Below, one piece after another: positions 1-9,504 of a stretch of DNA of 24,000 bases. A program made the translations under genes and the position numbers. A model generated the notes under the pieces. It was not told the DNA's origin and did not search any database. It worked only from the letters and a program-made list of their open reading frames with translations. The stretch lies in the sequence record JX409894.1; one strand, given 5' to 3'. This stretch comes from Streptococcus phage LYGO9. The first letter of the stretch is position 1. Each line of letters begins with the position of its first letter.

Positions 1-1496
1 TCCATCAATATCTCAACGTTTGGCGCAGATTGAGAAAACTTAGATACCTGCATTACTAATTCTGTTTTTCCGGGTGGGATAGATATAAGTTGCGAACCTA
101 AAACCATGTCTTGAATAGAATCTAAGTCTTTTGTTTTGACTGTGTCGTTTTCAAAATTGATAACTACTTCATCTCCGGGCTGATACTTGTTAACAATGTT
201 GTTATAGTGAGATACACCCATTTTTTCAAAGTTGACTTTTTCAAACAGGTTGTAGTTGATATATTTAGAGCTATCGCTACATGTCCCCATCGCAAGATGT
301 ATCTTGCGGGATTTTTTCCCTTTAAGGGACGGAACAGTTACATGATGATGCGCACCGTTAAAGTAAATACGAAACTTATCTTCTTCTCTAAAAATCTCAA
401 CCGCTCTACTTCTATTCATTGAAAAAGGATTGTGATAATTCCTATCTGCTAGAAATGTAAACTGCTTATAAAAGCGCCAGCCAACTCCATCATCATCAAG
501 AGCAAAAAAGTTATACTCTGTTTCAAAACCGTTTTTACGCTTGTAGGTTTCAACACCATATAAAAATTCATCGTTTTCGCCAGTTACACAAAGCTTTAAA
601 AATCCTTTTTGGTCTTGCGCTGTTGCAATAAAAATCTGTTGCCACCACAAGTGTTCATTAAGCGTGTACTCGCCGTTAGAATCGGGGTTTATAGTAAACG
701 TCCGTGTTCCTACATGTTCTGTGTATCCCGGTGTGGTTCCTCTAGTACCAATAGCGACATACTCTCCACCTTTACCAGAGCCTAAAATATTATCAAGGCG
801 CATACGCTTTAATTCCGAGTCAAACGTTGGTGGCATATAGTTGAGTTTTGCAACATTTGGCGCACCGTCTAAAGCTTGCGCAATGGCTTTTGAGTAATCA
901 AAAAGGACTTCGTTACGATGAACGATAGTCCCATCTTCTTCCTCCGATGATCCAAGTGCAAAAGCACCCGTTTCATTTGCGATACCGATGTACCCATTTT
1001 CAGAGTTGTGCTTAATTTTGATTATTGGATAAGCGTTAGTATTCCCATCATTTTGCAAATTAAAAATAAGCTTGTTGCCTTCTTGCGTATAGTCCAAAAA
1101 CTTTTTATAAGTGATAGAGTGTGCAACACCGTCTGGTATGTAAAAAGTGATAACAGCCCTCTGATACCACCTTGCTACTTTTTCTGTCGAAATCTCACCT
1201 TGTGCAAGCCCGAGATAGTACTTATCTGGTTCATCTCCGAACGTCATTTTTTTAGGCTTGTCAACATTTAACACGCCAGCTAGCTCATGTTTTAACTGCT
1301 CGGTTAAAACGCCATTTATTTCTAGTGGCTCTATATGTACTTTGATAATTTTAGCGCCCGTCTTTATGCCACGAATAGCTGTACCAAGTTGAAACGTCTC
1401 ATTCAACGACAATGTTCGTTCATTTCCTATAGACCGCTCAACACGAGATATCTTAAAAAATTTAGACATGTCTACGCCGTCATAAATAAATTTCAA
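1..1496 (-). CDS. Distal tail protein (Dit-like), C-terminus truncated by window edge
   Basis: Continuous minus-strand frame missed by the ORF track. TTG start at 1496 overlaps the tape-measure TGA (TTGA): LKFIYDGVDMSKFFKISRVERSIGNERTLSLNETFQLGTAIRGIKTGAKIIKVHIEPLEI... and stays open to base 1. N-terminus and position just after the tape measure gene fit a siphophage Dit. Confidence 0.8.
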   Translation of the reverse strand, partial: MKFIYDGVDMSKFFKISRVERSIGNERTLSLNETFQLGTAIRGIKTGAKIIKVHIEPLEINGVLTEQLKHELAGVLNVDKPKKMTFGDEPDKYYLGLAQGEISTEKVARWYQRAVITFYIPDGVAHSITYKKFLDYTQEGNKLIFNLQNDGNTNAYPIIKIKHNSENGYIGIANETGAFALGSSEEEDGTIVHRNEVLFDYSKAIAQALDGAPNVAKLNYMPPTFDSELKRMRLDNILGSGKGGEYVAIGTRGTTPGYTEHVGTRTFTINPDSNGEYTLNEHLWWQQIFIATAQDQKGFLKLCVTGENDEFLYGVETYKRKNGFETEYNFFALDDDGVGWRFYKQFTFLADRNYHNPFSMNRSRAVEIFREEDKFRIYFNGAHHHVTVPSLKGKKSRKIHLAMGTCSDSSKYINYNLFEKVNFEKMGVSHYNNIVNKYQPGDEVVINFENDTVKTKDLDSIQDMVLGSQLISIPPGKTELVMQVSKFSQSAPNVEILM

Positions 1497-4400
1497 TTTA
1501 GCATTCCTTTCATTCGATTATTGCGACTATTTCGTTGCGTTTGATAATTTGTAATGCGGTCCGCAACTTTAGCTACCCACTGACCGTCCTGTAAGTAAAG
1601 TTCTACTGGACGCTCTATTGCTTGTTCTGCAATGTCTAAAGCTTGCTCAATAACGCTGTTATCTTTAGTAGATTTTAAAACCGCAATCATTTCCTCAATC
1701 ATCCAATACAACTTATCATCTGTTGTTGAAGTCACTGTGTTTTTAGGAAGTTCGCTCATTCGTTGCGTGATATTAGCAATCTTAGTGTTATCAAAACCAA
1801 TACCGTTTGCATATTTTGGTATTCCTAAGTCATACATGTAATCACGAGTGGAACTGGCTTTCATGACTTTCGAACCTTTCGGCAGTGGTAATACTACATC
1901 ACGTCCATCTGGGATAAAAGATTGTCCGTTTGGTAATGTTACTAACTCTTTATATAAAGAACCTTTTTGGTCGTTGACCATCGCAAGTCCACCAGGGTGG
2001 TAGTCTGTACCAACAGCGTATCCTGTTAGTTTGCTCCATAAGTCACTCGCAGTTTTTTTGATTGACGCCCAAATAGTGACATGTTTATCTTGCACACTAT
2101 TTAATGTTCTTTGAGCGCTGTTAACTCCGGACGATGTTTTATTAGCCGCTGTCACTTTGACTTCTTTTCCGACTAAGCTATTGATCGTTTTTTGTGCTTC
2201 ATCTTTCCCTTTTTTTGTTAAGTTTTTAGCGAGTAATTTTTTTTCGTCTGGTTTTAAAGCATTCCAATTTTCAAGAGTTCGTGTTGCAACTCCTTTTTTA
2301 TTCAGGAAGTCTTTGTTATCCCCTAAAATCCGCTTAACTTCTTCTGGCAAACTATTCCATATTTCTAAATGTTGCTTACTTTCTACTATAGCTTGAATAC
2401 CTTGATGCCCATCAACAACTAACTCTTTCTCTTCTGGAGTAAGGGTATCCCATTTGCCAGTCTCTACAAGTACTTCTGCCATGGTTATCCGAGCGTTTGT
2501 TTCTAGGTTTGCGTTTTTAGCAATAAACTTAAGTCTGTCCCAGCCACCTTCCGCTTCAAGAGCCTTGGCTACTTCCTCTTTAGCATTGGTTTTTAACTTA
2601 CCTGTTTTGGGATTCCAGACAAGGCTATTCCATTGCGAATTAGCCACCTTTTGATCTTCTGTTGATTTTTTAGTAGTTCTAGCCCACATAGTATTAACTT
2701 CTTGAGCTTTAGATGCTGCTTGGGTTGTCTTCTTCATCAACTCTTCATAAGATAACCCAAGCTCCTTCATTTGCTTTTTAACATCATTAACCATCGCTTG
2801 TTGCAATTGAGGGTCTAAATATTTAGCAGTACCTTTTAGCAATTTCTTTTGAATTGCAGCGTAGCGCTTGCCGTAAGCTTCCATTTTTAAGTAATGGTCT
2901 GCTTCAAGTTGTTGTTGCTTCTTGTGTATCTCTTCGCGAGTTTTGACAGCCTCTTTGTCATTACCTTTTATAGAGTCGTAAACTTTTTTAAGACCACTTT
3001 TGAGTTTATTGTATGACTTATTTTCTGCTTTTATCCATTTTTCAGTAACTTCAAGAGCTTTGGTTAATTGCTGGCTATTCAATGAATTTAAATCGCCATT
3101 CATTGCTTTTACGATAGCTTTTTTCTCTTTAGCAGAGTAGTTCAATTTTGACAGTTGCACATTGATAAGCTCGTTTTGATTCGCTAATACAACAGCTTTT
3201 TCTTCTTCGGTTAATCTTCTGTGTTCATTACTAGCATTTTGATAGATATTGATAACTTCATCAGACATCTGTTTAACATTCTCTACAGTTTGTCGGCTAG
3301 ATTTTTTTATTTGGTCCATCGTACCTTGGCTAAAACCAAATTGTTCTGCAAGTTTGATTTTTTCGCTTAAATCTTTATTTTCTAGCTTTTCAATTTCAGC
3401 AACTAAACCTTGGAACGCTGTCTTCACGGAGTTAACCTGTTCAGCTCCCCCTCTAAAGCCTTCCATTGATTGATTTGTTTGATCAACCTTATCTTTAAAG
3501 GATTGCAGTTCATTGGCTTGTACTTGACTAACTTTAGTCCCCCACTCTTGCGTACGTTGGTGCGCTTCGTAGGCTTTTTGAGCAAAGTATCCGACAGCAA
3601 GCGCAGCAGCTCCTCCTAGCACAACACCCCAAGTTACGGGATTCCCTAGCAATGCTGCCGCTCCACTCATTCTAGTTAATGCAGTAGTTGCACCTTCCGC
3701 TCCAACTCCTAAAGCAGCAGCTCCAGTTTTTGCAGCTCCCAGACTTCCAGAGAGTGTGCCTAACGTTTTGCTTAATTTTCCTAGTCCTTGAATCGTTCCA
3801 CCAATTACACCAACGCCTTTGCCGAAGATTGACAATGCGGGTCCAGTTGCTGCTGCAATTAGTCCCCATTTTATGATTTGTTGTTGTTGTTCTTTATCCA
3901 GAGAACTAAATGCTTTTGCTAAGTCTGCAACGCCTTTAATAATAGGTTTACCAGCTTCTAAACCGTCACGCAGTGCATCAATAAGAGGTCCACCAAATTC
4001 GATAGCAACATCATTAACTTGATTTTTTAGCATTTGTAATTTCGATGCTGTTGTTTCATAACGTTTATTAGCCTCGTTCATTAAAGCTTTGTTTTCGCTA
4101 AAACCTTTATTAGCAGACTTGAAAGCATCACCTAGCAAGTCGCCAGCTCCTGCCAAACGTTGTAATGTATCAATTTCACGTACAGAATTGATATCCATGT
4201 CTTGCAAGTGAGCAGTTACGTCTTTCCCTTCTTCTTTAAAGCGTTTAAGACCTTTTACAAAATCAATAATCGCTTCTTGTGGATTTTTCTTCCATGACGC
4301 AGCGAATTCATCAGCAGACTTGCCGGCTATTTTCGCAAACTTCCATAAATCTTCTCCACCAGAAAGAACCTGTGTGTTTATTTTTTGCATGACACGACTA

Positions 4401-5434
4401 AACGCCGAACCACCAGCCTCTGCCTCGATACCAACCGAACTCATAGCAGTTGCAAGACCTAATATTTGAGGGTCTGTCAATCCTACAACTTTACCAGTGC
4501 CAGCTAAGCGAAGACCCATTTCAACAATTTCTTTTTCAGTTGTCGCAAAGTTATTTCCTAACTCAACGATAGAACTTCCTAGATTACTGTATTTTGATGG
4601 ATCTAACTGCGTGATATTAGCAAAACGAGCTAGTGCAGTTGCTGCCTCTTCCGATGATAAGTTAGTCGATTTCCCCATATCAATCATGACACGAGTAAAC
4701 CCTAAGACGTCCTTTGTCTTGATCCCTAATTGTCCAGCCGCTTCGGCAACGTGAGATATTTCAGTCGTAGAAGCTGGTATCTCTTTAGCCATTTGTCTAA
4801 TTCCTTTAGACAACATATCATAAGAGTAGACAACTTTCCCATTTGAGTCTTTTACTTCGTCTACTGTCTTTTTGACACCAGCAAAAGCATCTTCATAATC
4901 AATGGCAGCCTTAAGAGCATATCCAGCGCCAGCAACAATTGGTGCAGTTACTCCTTTTGTAAAAGCAGCGCCAACACCAGATACAGAATCGCCAAATGAC
5001 TTCATTTTTTTCCCAGCTTGCTCCGCAGCGTTACCGAAACGAGTAAAAACACTTGTTTCAGCACCTAAAGCTTTGAGTCTATTTTGCAATTCTGAAACTT
5101 TAGCAGCTGTTTCCATCATCGCTGACTTAGCATTAATAAGCGCTTGTTTTTGGCTTGCTGTCGCCTTGTTGACATCGCCAATATTTTCTTTTAACTCATT
5201 ATATTTTTGAGATTGTTTTTTTAGTAATTCTTGATAACTTTTTAATGCACCGCCAGTTTCTGTGTAGATAGCTTTTAAACCTTTAACTCTACTACCATGA
5301 CCATTAAAACTATTTTCTACAGCCTTTAGAGAGTTATCTAAGGTCTTCATATAAGTTTTTAAATTTCTTGTATTAGACATAAAAGGTGATATGTCTAGTG
5401 TAGCAGTCGCTACTAAATCACCTATATTCCCCAT
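1493..5434 (-). CDS. Phage tail tape measure protein, 1313 aa
   Basis: Very long ORF with coiled-coil and hydrophobic segments: ...TGGALKSYQELLKKQSQKYNEL..., AGYALKAAIDYEDAFAGVKKTVDEV, EISHVAEAAGQLGIKTKDVLGFTRVMIDMG. Located between tail chaperones and Dit. Confidence 0.97.
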   Translation of the reverse strand: MGNIGDLVATATLDISPFMSNTRNLKTYMKTLDNSLKAVENSFNGHGSRVKGLKAIYTETGGALKSYQELLKKQSQKYNELKENIGDVNKATASQKQALINAKSAMMETAAKVSELQNRLKALGAETSVFTRFGNAAEQAGKKMKSFGDSVSGVGAAFTKGVTAPIVAGAGYALKAAIDYEDAFAGVKKTVDEVKDSNGKVVYSYDMLSKGIRQMAKEIPASTTEISHVAEAAGQLGIKTKDVLGFTRVMIDMGKSTNLSSEEAATALARFANITQLDPSKYSNLGSSIVELGNNFATTEKEIVEMGLRLAGTGKVVGLTDPQILGLATAMSSVGIEAEAGGSAFSRVMQKINTQVLSGGEDLWKFAKIAGKSADEFAASWKKNPQEAIIDFVKGLKRFKEEGKDVTAHLQDMDINSVREIDTLQRLAGAGDLLGDAFKSANKGFSENKALMNEANKRYETTASKLQMLKNQVNDVAIEFGGPLIDALRDGLEAGKPIIKGVADLAKAFSSLDKEQQQQIIKWGLIAAATGPALSIFGKGVGVIGGTIQGLGKLSKTLGTLSGSLGAAKTGAAALGVGAEGATTALTRMSGAAALLGNPVTWGVVLGGAAALAVGYFAQKAYEAHQRTQEWGTKVSQVQANELQSFKDKVDQTNQSMEGFRGGAEQVNSVKTAFQGLVAEIEKLENKDLSEKIKLAEQFGFSQGTMDQIKKSSRQTVENVKQMSDEVINIYQNASNEHRRLTEEEKAVVLANQNELINVQLSKLNYSAKEKKAIVKAMNGDLNSLNSQQLTKALEVTEKWIKAENKSYNKLKSGLKKVYDSIKGNDKEAVKTREEIHKKQQQLEADHYLKMEAYGKRYAAIQKKLLKGTAKYLDPQLQQAMVNDVKKQMKELGLSYEELMKKTTQAASKAQEVNTMWARTTKKSTEDQKVANSQWNSLVWNPKTGKLKTNAKEEVAKALEAEGGWDRLKFIAKNANLETNARITMAEVLVETGKWDTLTPEEKELVVDGHQGIQAIVESKQHLEIWNSLPEEVKRILGDNKDFLNKKGVATRTLENWNALKPDEKKLLAKNLTKKGKDEAQKTINSLVGKEVKVTAANKTSSGVNSAQRTLNSVQDKHVTIWASIKKTASDLWSKLTGYAVGTDYHPGGLAMVNDQKGSLYKELVTLPNGQSFIPDGRDVVLPLPKGSKVMKASSTRDYMYDLGIPKYANGIGFDNTKIANITQRMSELPKNTVTSTTDDKLYWMIEEMIAVLKSTKDNSVIEQALDIAEQAIERPVELYLQDGQWVAKVADRITNYQTQRNSRNNRMKGMLN

Positions 5435-5446
5435 TAATTCTCCTTT

Positions 5447-5964
5447 CTAGCCGAAAAGGAATGGGAACGCTTTGTCTAAAGTTGTTTCAACCACTTCTTC
5501 TTTTTCAGCAAAATCAGTTTCTAGCGCTTTTACCATCAATTCTATGTCTGATAAGCGCATTTTTTTAATATCTAAAATGGTATACCCATTTTTTAGTAAA
5601 CTTTGAATCCACAAGAGCAGGTTGTCTTTAGCTTCTTGAGGCGTTATTGTTCCTTTTTTTCGTCTTCCTCTTTCTCTCCGCCTAAAGCATCGACAAAAAG
5701 TTCGGTTAATTTGTTCATAACAGACAAATTAGATTGTTTCAAATCGTCAACATTAAATTGATTTCCGTACATTTCTACAAACATTTGTAAATATGATTCG
5801 TTTAATTTACGATGTTCTTTATAGTCTAGATGACGCTTATCATCACTAAATAGAGCGCTCTGTCTAACTTGATGCTCAAGCGCCAACATGTTATCTTCGA
5901 CATTGACAAAATCTTTTGAAAAAGTCTTATCTACGCCGCCTTTTTTAAGTGTAATTTCGTACAT
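5447..5964 (-). CDS. Tail assembly chaperone GT fusion made by -1 ribosomal frameshift
   Basis: Zero-frame G ends EEDEKKEQ*. The slippery heptamer A AAA AAG is in the zero frame at 5659-5653. The -1 frame stays open for 68 aa: GTITPQEAKDNLLLWIQSLLKNGYTILDIKKMRLSDIELMVKALETDFAEKEEVVETTLDKAFPFLFG*. Confidence 0.85.
5644..5964 (-). CDS. Tail assembly chaperone G, 106 aa
   Basis: MYEITLKKGGVDKTFSKDFVNVEDNML...; located between major tail protein and tape measure. Confidence 0.88.
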   Translation of the reverse strand: MYEITLKKGGVDKTFSKDFVNVEDNMLALEHQVRQSALFSDDKRHLDYKEHRKLNESYLQMFVEMYGNQFNVDDLKQSNLSVMNKLTELFVDALGGEKEEDEKKEQ

Positions 5965-6070
5965 TATTGCTCCTTATCAAAAAATAAAGGCTGGATTTAA
6001 AATCCAACCTTGCGTGCTACATTGCGCTGCGATTATCTGATGATGATACCCCTGGAACAGAATTTACTGA

Positions 6071-6646
6071 TTAACTTTCCAATCCTGTCACCCCATCAAA
6101 CACAAGTTCTTTGAATTTTTTTAGCTCAAATCCATTCACTCCTTCACGACCGATGACAACTACATCACCATCAGTTCCACGAGCAACAAAGTTACCTGTT
6201 ACTTTGTCTGGTTCTGGGTTAGGCGCACCTTCTTTCGTTTTGGTTTCCATGCCAGGAATGTTAAATTTACCTTTTAACAAACCAACCCAAATAGCTTTCC
6301 CATTTTCATCACTTGTTCTAAACATGCAAGCGACGTTGTTAGGTGTGAGCGATTTGTTGTATTTTTCAATACCGTTTTCTGCTTTAATTCCGAAGAAATC
6401 CTGACGCGCTTCGGAAGTCAAGTCAAGGACTTCGATTTCCAATTTTGTTTCTGTGATACCACCAGATAAAACAACATACGGTCCATCATCAGCCATGACA
6501 GTTACAAGCTCATTTGTAATATCAAGTTTAGCTGCTTTCATTCCGGGTAGTGATTTAATAGCTGTTTTATCTTTTTCCTTAACTTTATCATCAGTATCAA
6601 GCACGGCATACTGGAAGTCACGTAGCCCAAATTTTACTTTTCCCAT
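6071..6646 (-). CDS. Major tail protein (phi13-like family)
   Basis: MGKVKFGLRDFQYAVLDTDDKVKEKDKTAIKSLPGMKAAKLDITNE...; typical family start and synteny. Confidence 0.9.
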   Translation of the reverse strand: MGKVKFGLRDFQYAVLDTDDKVKEKDKTAIKSLPGMKAAKLDITNELVTVMADDGPYVVLSGGITETKLEIEVLDLTSEARQDFFGIKAENGIEKYNKSLTPNNVACMFRTSDENGKAIWVGLLKGKFNIPGMETKTKEGAPNPEPDKVTGNFVARGTDGDVVVIGREGVNGFELKKFKELVFDGVTGLES

Positions 6647-6661
6647 TTAATTCCTCTTTTC

Positions 6662-7087
6662 TTAATAAAAATCAAAATAGCGGTACTTCCTTACATTCAT
6701 TAGTAAATCAATATCGCTATCTTTATATCTTGGTCTTTCGTTTGCGGTATATCTTTCAAAACCGCCATTTTTTAAAATCTTATCTATACAGTTGGCAATT
6801 TGGTCAGATTGAGAAGCAGTTTTACACCAAAAATTGATTGTAATACGCTGTTCATTACTGATCATGTCATCATCTGCATATAAAGACGGACCATCATACG
6901 TTGTATTTATACGCATAAATGGCGCTAGTTCTACTTTTCTTAAATCAACAGGATTGTCCGGGATATCATATGTAAAGATACCCTGTTCAAATCCGTTTTT
7001 AAAAGGACCACCTCTAAGCTTATCCAACAGCTCATTAAGCGTCCTATCGTTTTTTAACAATTTGTAAGCAGTTGTTTCAGCTATCAA
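6662..7087 (-). CDS. Tail completion / minor capsid-type protein
   Basis: 141 aa ORF (MIAETTAYKLLKNDRTLNELLDKLRGGPFKNGFEQGIFTYDIPD...) immediately before the major tail gene. Confidence 0.7.
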   Translation of the reverse strand: MIAETTAYKLLKNDRTLNELLDKLRGGPFKNGFEQGIFTYDIPDNPVDLRKVELAPFMRINTTYDGPSLYADDDMISNEQRITINFWCKTASQSDQIANCIDKILKNGGFERYTANERPRYKDSDIDLLMNVRKYRYFDFY

Positions 7088-7461
7088 AGTCCTAGTCCTT
7101 CCTTAATTTTTTTAGCATAAATTTCTTTTGCTTTAGGAGTCATTTCGTTGATGGTTTTCTCTTTAAAGTCTTGACCTTTTTGGTAAATCGTCCCATCATT
7201 TGGATAATGAGCGCGCCAACCTGTTTTTTGTCCATATCCAATTTCTTTTGACGTTATACCTACATTAGCACCTTTGAATCCACTAATTGCAGTATCATAT
7301 TTTAGCTTTGTGTCATGCACAGAATAATCAATTGGAGTATTCTTAGTAAGTACTTTCTCAAATTCTTCAGCAACCTGTGTTACCGCTTCTTTAGCAATTT
7401 TTGGTGATTTTACTTCTAACTTGGTAATGTTAGCCAAAATTCCATCAAGTCCTTTTGTCAT
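7084..7461 (-). CDS. HK97 gp10-like tail component
   Basis: MTKGLDGILANITKLEVKSPKIAKEAVTQVAEEFEKVLTKNTP...YGQKTGWRAHYPNDGT; standard gp10-like pattern and position. Confidence 0.82.
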   Translation of the reverse strand: MTKGLDGILANITKLEVKSPKIAKEAVTQVAEEFEKVLTKNTPIDYSVHDTKLKYDTAISGFKGANVGITSKEIGYGQKTGWRAHYPNDGTIYQKGQDFKEKTINEMTPKAKEIYAKKIKEGLGL

Positions 7462-7805
7462 GATATGCTAACCCCGCTCAACATTATCATTTCCTTACCA
7501 GATTCATCAAATTCAATTTTATCTATTTTGTAGATACGTTTGTTATGCTCAATAAACATCGTATTATCAATAGACAACTTAGGATTGTATCTGATTAAAA
7601 ATATTTTTGTATCTTTGTTTGTTGGAAGATTGCTAGCATTCTGATATTTTGATTGATAATTAAAATCTCTCAATTGAGTTTTAGACACCTCTGCCCAGCA
7701 GGTATACAAGTCTTTCCTGATAGCAGATACAACTTCACCATCTTCATTCTGACCACCAGTTTGGCTAAAAATGGCTATTCTAACATTCATTTTCCGTGTA
7801 ATCAC
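7458..7805 (-). CDS. Head closure / head-tail adaptor protein
   Basis: MITRKMNVRIAIFSQTGGQNEDGEVVSAIRKDLYTCWAEVSKTQLRDF...; position between gp6-like and gp10-like genes. Confidence 0.78.
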   Translation of the reverse strand: MITRKMNVRIAIFSQTGGQNEDGEVVSAIRKDLYTCWAEVSKTQLRDFNYQSKYQNASNLPTNKDTKIFLIRYNPKLSIDNTMFIEHNKRIYKIDKIEFDESGKEMIMLSGVSIS

Positions 7806-8104
7806 GCCCCATCACCCCTCAATCTCAATTGATGGATAATGTTCAAAACACCGTTGGCAAGCGGATAACGATTAGTATCCGCCGATAACCCACGATGATC
7901 ATACTCTTCCTTTACCTGTTTTTTAACCGCTAAGGAAAACTTAGCGTAGTTTTTAAACATTTCTGGAGTAGAGCCTTCTTCTATTGCAAAACATATTTGT
8001 TCTTGTGCTGATGCAATCATTTCCTCAATAATGTCATCTTCAAAATCAAAATCTATCTTACAATAGAGTTTCACACTATCTAGCAGCTCTTTAGATACAG
8101 TCAT
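7802..8104 (-). CDS. Head-tail connector (gp6-like DNA packaging protein)
   Basis: MTVSKELLDSVKLYCKIDFDFEDDIIEEMIASAQEQICFAI...; typical N-terminal half of this family. Confidence 0.82.
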   Translation of the reverse strand: MTVSKELLDSVKLYCKIDFDFEDDIIEEMIASAQEQICFAIEEGSTPEMFKNYAKFSLAVKKQVKEEYDHRGLSADTNRYPLANGVLNIIHQLRLRGDGA

Positions 8105-8106
8105 AA

Positions 8107-8268
8107 CTATACCTCTTCAACGCCAGCCAGTTTTAACAAGTCTGCTTTTAGCGTCTTACCGCTAAAGTCAATATTTTGGCTTGTTAGATATTTTTTAATA
8201 TCTTCAATGGTGCTGTCTTTGGTTGGTTTACCAACAACTGTAGCACTGCTTACTTCTGGTTGCGCCAC
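8107..8268 (-). CDS. Small HeH/LEM-like domain protein, 53 aa, GTG start
   Basis: Not in the supplied track. VAQPEVSSATVVGKPTKDSTIEDIKKYLTSQNIDFSGKTLKADLLKLAGVEEV*. The IEDIKKYLTSQNIDFSGKTLKADLLKL segment is HeH-like and sits between capsid and connector genes. Confidence 0.65.
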   Translation of the reverse strand: MAQPEVSSATVVGKPTKDSTIEDIKKYLTSQNIDFSGKTLKADLLKLAGVEEV

Positions 8269-8281
8269 TCCCTGAGTGGCC

Positions 8282-9457
8282 TTATGAGGGCAATTGTTCT
8301 GGTTTGAATGTCACATAGTAGCCAGCTTTGTCATCAACTTTAGTTACACCAAAGCGAAGAACTGCTTGTAGGTATTGTCCGTAGATTTCGTTATCTGCCC
8401 AGCGTAGACCTAAGTCTTTGCGGTCTGCGAACAAGACACCGCGTTTAAAGTCACCTACGAATGCTGTGTTAGCGCCAAGAACTTCATCAGATAGTACAAA
8501 CACTGGTTTACCAAGTAAAGTTTTACCAGATACTGCTGTGATATCATCTTGAAGTAAGTAACGACCGTTACCGTCTTTAAGTGTGTCTAAAGTTTGGTAG
8601 AAGCTTTGAGATACGATTAATGACACGTTGTAAGCTGGGTCAAATCCACCGTTTAACAACGCTTTAATTTCGTCAAGATTTTTAACTGTTTTAGCAGTAA
8701 ATGATTTTAATACTTTTGCGATTGCATCATTAGTAGTGTTTACTTTGATTTGTGAGATTGACTCAGATACAAGAGATACTAAGTCAACGTCTGCATCGTC
8801 AATTGATTCTTGAGATAATGGAATTGCTCCACGGTATGTATCAATAGTCCAAGCTACATCTTTAAAATCTGGTTTAGCTAGTTTTGGATTTTTTTCCAAC
8901 TCTGCAACTGTTACCATTTTAGTTGTAGCACGTTGTAATACAGGGTATTTACCAGATGCTTTTTTAGCTTGATACACAGTCGTGAATGGTTTTAAATCTA
9001 CTACTGTTTTTACTTCACGCGCTGGTGTGTATAAGATTTCTTCACTTGATACAGGTTTAACGTCAGCTTTCTTGATTCCATCTGTTGTTGGTGTAATTTC
9101 GTTCATCGGTACAAGCACTTCATTTTTTGCTTCAAGGCGTAAGTCGTCGCTTACAACTTTACCTTTTGAACGGATAAATTCATTGACACTTTCACGGTAA
9201 GATACTTCTTCTTTTTTCACTTCTTTTCCTCCAATATTTTCTGCTCCGCCTTGTTCTGCGGAAGTTTTGTAAAGTTCTAAGTCTGCTTTTGCAGTGTCTA
9301 AGTTATTTTTAGCTTCTTCGATTTCTGCTTTGATAGTACGTGCTTTTTCAAGGTCGTTAACCTCTAGAGCATTCTTAACTTCTTGTGTTTTTGAGGTAAT
9401 TTCGGCGTTAAATGTTCCGATATTTGCTTCAATTTCTTTGATTTTCTCGTCAAACAT
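8282..9457 (-). CDS. Major capsid protein, HK97-fold with N-terminal scaffold-like coiled coil
   Basis: 391 aa; N-terminal coiled coil (EIEANIGTFNAEITSKTQEVKNALE...), then VPMNEITPTTDGIKKADVKPVSSEEILYTPAREVKTVVDLKPF... and DLGLRWADNEIYGQYLQAVLRFGVTKVDDKAGYYVTF. Confidence 0.93.
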   Translation of the reverse strand: MFDEKIKEIEANIGTFNAEITSKTQEVKNALEVNDLEKARTIKAEIEEAKNNLDTAKADLELYKTSAEQGGAENIGGKEVKKEEVSYRESVNEFIRSKGKVVSDDLRLEAKNEVLVPMNEITPTTDGIKKADVKPVSSEEILYTPAREVKTVVDLKPFTTVYQAKKASGKYPVLQRATTKMVTVAELEKNPKLAKPDFKDVAWTIDTYRGAIPLSQESIDDADVDLVSLVSESISQIKVNTTNDAIAKVLKSFTAKTVKNLDEIKALLNGGFDPAYNVSLIVSQSFYQTLDTLKDGNGRYLLQDDITAVSGKTLLGKPVFVLSDEVLGANTAFVGDFKRGVLFADRKDLGLRWADNEIYGQYLQAVLRFGVTKVDDKAGYYVTFKPEQLPS

Positions 9458-9477
9458 TCGTGTTTTCTCCTTTTTTA

Positions 9478-9504
9478 GACATAAAAAATAGGACTTATAG
9501 TCCT
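9478..9504 (-). terminator. Terminator-like hairpin at the protease-capsid junction
   Basis: Minus strand AGGACT-ATA-AGTCCT followed by ATTTTTTATG. The stem overlaps the protease stop codon (TAA at 9497-9495). Confidence 0.45.
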
